NCBI GenBank assembly: GCA_021613535.1
Contig: CP075493.1
Location: 5,952,001-6,016,000, forward strand
Length of the DNA: 64,000 bases
Direction of reading: 5' to 3'
From: Adineta vaga
Taxonomy: Eukaryota; Animalia; Rotifera
A program made the translations under genes and the position numbers. This document shows, piece after piece, positions 59,782-64,000 of the stretch. Under the pieces are notes generated by a model that did no database searches, was not told where the DNA came from, and saw only the letters and a program-made list of their open reading frames with translations. Positions within the stretch are counted from its first letter, which is position 1, and every line of letters begins with the position of its first letter.

Positions 59782-60813
59782 TTACAATGATTGTAGTTGA
59801 GAATCGATCAATGATCGGAAATATGCAACTCGAGCAAAGACTGAGCTACCGTCACAACTCGTTTGTCCATAATTCACAACTCCAGTGACTGTCCATGCAC
59901 CATTGACACTCGTCATTAACGGTCCTCCGCTATCACCATTACAGGTAGCAGTCTCACCAAATCCTGCACAAAATTGTTGCTCATTTCCAACACTTAGATC
60001 ACAGGTGGGTGATGTATTTTGAACTTGAAGAACGACTTGCTGCAATGTGCTTGATTCGGTAATGGTAGCCGAACCTGACGTTTTCCCCCATCCAATTGCC
60101 ATACCCTTTTCATTATTACTTGGTATGGAATTATTTGCTGGAGGAAGACAAGCAAGACTAACAGTGCCTGAGCCGGTAAAATCTGATGACAACTTAATGA
60201 CACCAATATCATAATCGAAGGTCGATGATGTGTAACTAGGATGAATCCACATGGAAGATACAGTGCGAGACTGACCCGTGCTTCTATCGGAAAGTGTTTG
60301 TAAACCAGCGTAGATAGTAAGAGAACTAGATGAAGTCTCATATAAGCAATGAGCTGCTGTTAAAACATGTTTATAACTGATTAATGAACCACCGCATATA
60401 AAGCTGTCATCTTTGTAAATAGCCACAATCCATGGCCAACTATGTGGTGTTGCCGTATTTCCATTGACGATACGTGCTAGCGATGAAGTAATACTAACCG
60501 ATGAACAACCACAAGTAGGACACGGTGTCGAAGTTGACGAGTCGCTTGATGAATCTGATTTGTTTAATCCAACTCCGAGACCTACACCTAGTGCAATGCC
60601 TATAGCTGCCAAAATTAAAAACGCAGTAATGCAAATGCAAATAATCTTCGCTTTTGGCGATATACTTGGCGCACTTGGTGGATATACAACGTTAGGTCTG
60701 AGTGCATATGGGATGCGAGGCTGTCGTGCATAAGCAACAGGCCGTCTTGGTCCATACGGAGGACGAGCTCTTCGTACGTATGGCATACGAGCTCTTCGTG
60801 GTTGACCGAACAT
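59782..60813 (-). CDS. Type II transmembrane S1A serine protease, intronless
   Basis: TM ending GVGLGVGL, CGC..ARIVNG, LTAAHC, DIGVIKL, GDSGGP. Confidence 0.93.
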   Translation of the reverse strand: MFGQPRRARMPYVRRARPPYGPRRPVAYARQPRIPYALRPNVVYPPSAPSISPKAKIICICITAFLILAAIGIALGVGLGVGLNKSDSSSDSSTSTPCPTCGCSSVSITSSLARIVNGNTATPHSWPWIVAIYKDDSFICGGSLISYKHVLTAAHCLYETSSSSLTIYAGLQTLSDRSTGQSRTVSSMWIHPSYTSSTFDYDIGVIKLSSDFTGSGTVSLACLPPANNSIPSNNEKGMAIGWGKTSGSATITESSTLQQVVLQVQNTSPTCDLSVGNEQQFCAGFGETATCNGDSGGPLMTSVNGAWTVTGVVNYGQTSCDGSSVFARVAYFRSLIDSQLQSL

Positions 60814-62501
60814 TTCGAACTAATTATCACGATAAAAAGTTATTCACGCGAATGCTCAGCAATTATTATACAGTTTGTATATTTATGTAGTTGGCAAGTA
60901 TTAAACACGATCTACGAATAGGATACAATATTTATACGTGAAACGAACATAAAATGGTATTTTACACACTAGTAAAATAGAGGAAGCATGGGTAAAATAC
61001 CAATTATATTATCGATTGCCGTACATGTCTTATTGATACTTTATATGGAAGTGAGTCATATTTACGTGGATGAAACCGCCGAATATCTATTTTGACTAAT
61101 ATTAAATCATTTCTGTAGTCAGGTTTTTGAATTTTTATAAACGTAGATGCGAGCACGCATTGAAGACATATACGTTTTTTATGAATCGATTGATATGAAA
61201 GTGAAAAGTTTTTCTTTATCCTATTCTTTCAATCGGATTTGCTTCATCAGCGACTTACTAAACAGACTTGACATTACTACCTCTTATCATCAATCAATGA
61301 TAGTGATATTATTCATAAAAATATTTTTGGTCGGAAGTAAATCAAGTATTCAAGTTGTGAAAAATATTCTTAGGAAAATGATCTGTTCTCTCGCTTGATA
61401 AACGAATAGAAATTTTTGTCAATGAAAGAGAAATAAATTCTTTAATTGTTTTATCATTAATTTGAAATGTTGTTATGTTTAATTTATTCAAATGTGTAAT
61501 AGTGAAGGATTACAAGTTTTTGCAAAGATTTTATTAGTAGAATATTTTTTAATTGATTTTTTACAGATCACGTACATACAATGATCATTTAATTCCTATC
61601 AAGAGTATAACTTTTAATATGATCGTTTAAAAAAGCAAATCTTCTTTGTATATATAGGACCGTTGTCTTCAATTACAATTAGATAAAATATTATCGATTG
61701 CAGCACATTGAACATAAAGCATCATCGTGTTGAAATTATTGATAAATAGGTAGATCAACCTTTGTAGTGATTTTAGAGAGTAGTGTTCAACATAGAAATG
61801 CCGACGATGACGAACTACGAGATAATGCTGATGTTTTGTTAAAATCCTACGGTAAAGAAGGAAACGATTGAATTTCTGATGGACAGCAAGTATGAATCGA
61901 CTACGAATAAAGCAGATTCCGTTGAGGAATATTGTTACTTTCTCAATCAAGTAAAAAAAACAAGTAATAACTTTTGTAATTTTCGTCAAGCACTATGAAT
62001 AACTATCTTCTTTTGGTGAAAACCGTTTTTGCGAAAGATAACGACAGTGTACGGTTTAGTAATTATGATTGATTGCGTAATGATGAGTAGTGACGTTTAT
62101 ATAATGAGTCATGTTTCATCGCGAAAATACGAGAAAAAAGGAAACGTTCAGTTTGATGTAAATTATTCTATTCAGTCAAAAAATGAGTCTTGTATTACTA
62201 TAATTCCCTACGAACAAAAAAGATCATATTGTCAATCAAAATAACCTGTATGTGATTTCTTTTAATTCATAATTACGCAATATAGTAGAAATTACCTAAT
62301 GAGTATACACAATAATTACAATTATTAATCACTCTTCCTCGGTAGTAATCTTGTCCAATGCATACATCCCTCATCTACTATAAATATGGGTCTAGCTCTT
62401 GGATTATTTTACAAAGTAGTTACTTACACACTCACGTACTGTGCGATAGTCACTCCAAATATTCATTTGCACTGTCTCTTCATTCTGACAGTTAAGTCAA
62501 A

Positions 62502-63566
62502 ATGCTTGCTAATTCATTAAGACCACCTATCTCCTATGCACCAAGACCTCACATGGGATATTCAACGGGCAATTCCAGTGGATTATCAACAAAAACGATT
62601 ATTTGTATTGTTGTTATATTCGTCGTTGTTCTGTTTACAATTGTGGGTGTTGTAGCGATTGCACTTGGTGTTGGTCTCGGAGTTGGCTTGAATAGATCAG
62701 ACTCATCGAGTTCATCAGATGCTTCACAATCTTCAACTACCATAGGCTCTTCAGTTACTACGAGTTCGACCAGTCAATTAACAGTTTCTGCAACTACAAC
62801 TACAACTACGACTACGACTACGCCATGTCCTACTTGTGGCTGCTCATCGGTTAGTATCAATTCATCACTAGCACGTATCATCAATGGAAATAATGCAATA
62901 CCACATAGCTGGCCATGGATTATAGCCCTTTATAAATATGGTGGTTTTACATGTGGTGGTGCATTGATCAGTTACAAACATGTTTTAACAGCCGCTCATT
63001 GTGTATATGATTTATCACCTAGTTCTCTTACTGTCTATGCTGGTTTACATATTTTGTCTGATGCACCCACGAGTCAATATCGCGATGTATCTTCTATCTG
63101 GGTTCATCCTAGTTATACGAGAGCTAGTCTAGATTATGACATCGCCATTCTAAAGCTATCATCAGATTTCATTGGTACAGGTACGGTTAGTCTTGCTTGT
63201 CTTCCTCCAGCAAATAATTCCATACCAACTAACAATGAAAAAGCGATGGCAATTGGATGGGGTAAAATGTCCATTTCAGCCTCTATCACTGAATCAAGCA
63301 CATTGCAGCAAGTTGTTCTTCAAGTTCATAATACAGCACGTAGCTGTTATGTAGGCTCTCGAATTGATCAACAATTTTGTGCAGGATTTGGTGAGACAGG
63401 TACTTGTAGCGGTGATAGCGGAGGACCATTAATGACCAATGTCAATGGTGCATGGACACTCACTGGGGTTGTCAACTATGGACTAGAAAATTGTGATGGA
63501 AGTTCTGGTTTTGCACGAGTCTCTTACTATCGATCATTGATCGATACTCAATTAAAAACGATGTAA
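62502..63566 (+). CDS. Type II transmembrane S1A serine protease, paralog with Ser/Thr stalk
   Basis: TM, Thr-rich stalk, ARIING, LTAAHC, DIAILKL, GDSGGP. Confidence 0.93.
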   Translation: MLANSLRPPISYAPRPHMGYSTGNSSGLSTKTIICIVVIFVVVLFTIVGVVAIALGVGLGVGLNRSDSSSSSDASQSSTTIGSSVTTSSTSQLTVSATTTTTTTTTTPCPTCGCSSVSINSSLARIINGNNAIPHSWPWIIALYKYGGFTCGGALISYKHVLTAAHCVYDLSPSSLTVYAGLHILSDAPTSQYRDVSSIWVHPSYTRASLDYDIAILKLSSDFIGTGTVSLACLPPANNSIPTNNEKAMAIGWGKMSISASITESSTLQQVVLQVHNTARSCYVGSRIDQQFCAGFGETGTCSGDSGGPLMTNVNGAWTLTGVVNYGLENCDGSSGFARVSYYRSLIDTQLKTM

Positions 63567-64000
63567 TTTTGGTAGTTTTTTCTTTCATATTTAATCTTAT
63601 ATACAATGTAAAATCCATTGTCTTTTAATAAATTAATATCGACAATAAGTGATAAATGTCATATTTACATATACCATAGGGAGTTATCCTATGTTTTTTA
63701 AAATGAGATTGAAAAAGAAAATCGTGTTACTTGTTCGAATCAAGTGCAAAAAAAACGAATGTGAAATAATTCAATTCAGTTTTCGTTACTGACACATACA
63801 TAAGAAAATTATAGAAATATTTTTATACATTATTATGAATTATAAGAAGTCGAAACTGTATTGTGTTCTTCGTATTCTTAGAAAATACATCGTGAGCAAT
63901 GACTGTCTAATACATCATCGATTCTATTGAATAAATCACCGAGAATATTTAATAATAAATGAACTTCCGCATAGCATTGTTGATCGTACGATTTGATACG

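Noticed and set aside
61147-62244. Short ORFs between the two proteases
   Set aside because: No recognisable motifs or consistent splice structure; treated as intergenic

Overview
Eukaryotic, AT-rich, gene-dense animal DNA with many short (~45-70 nt) GT-AG introns. Gene content and style suggest a bdelloid rotifer (Adineta/Rotaria-like); this is inference. In order: three tandem PWWP genes sharing an unusual C-terminal domain, NOL10, CPSF6, an orphan GPCR, an EB/C-type lectin membrane protein, HS3ST, KDM4, CHFR, NDUFAF4, a small orphan, a GPCR, a ZAD + MULE-like DNA-binding gene, a GABA-B-like receptor, OTUD3, a giant bark/anakonda homologue, PPCS, a ~2 kb composite insertion flanked by a ~0.5 kb direct duplication, TRNT1, an orphan, ECH1, a GPCR and a divergent pair of type II membrane serine proteases. 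No tRNA, rRNA or CRISPR array was recognised. Main candidates for novelty: (1) chromatin-reader or ZAD proteins fused to apparently transposase-derived DNA-binding domains (PWWP + CENP-B/pogo-like HTH x3; ZAD + MULE-type zinc finger/HTH); (2) a TE-bounded insertion that duplicated a shared convergent 3' region, whose two copies then decayed reciprocally; (3) splice acceptors right before many start codons in tightly packed same-strand genes (trans-splicing/operon hypothesis). Gene spans include introns and were assembled by eye; family calls come from recognised motifs, not database searches.
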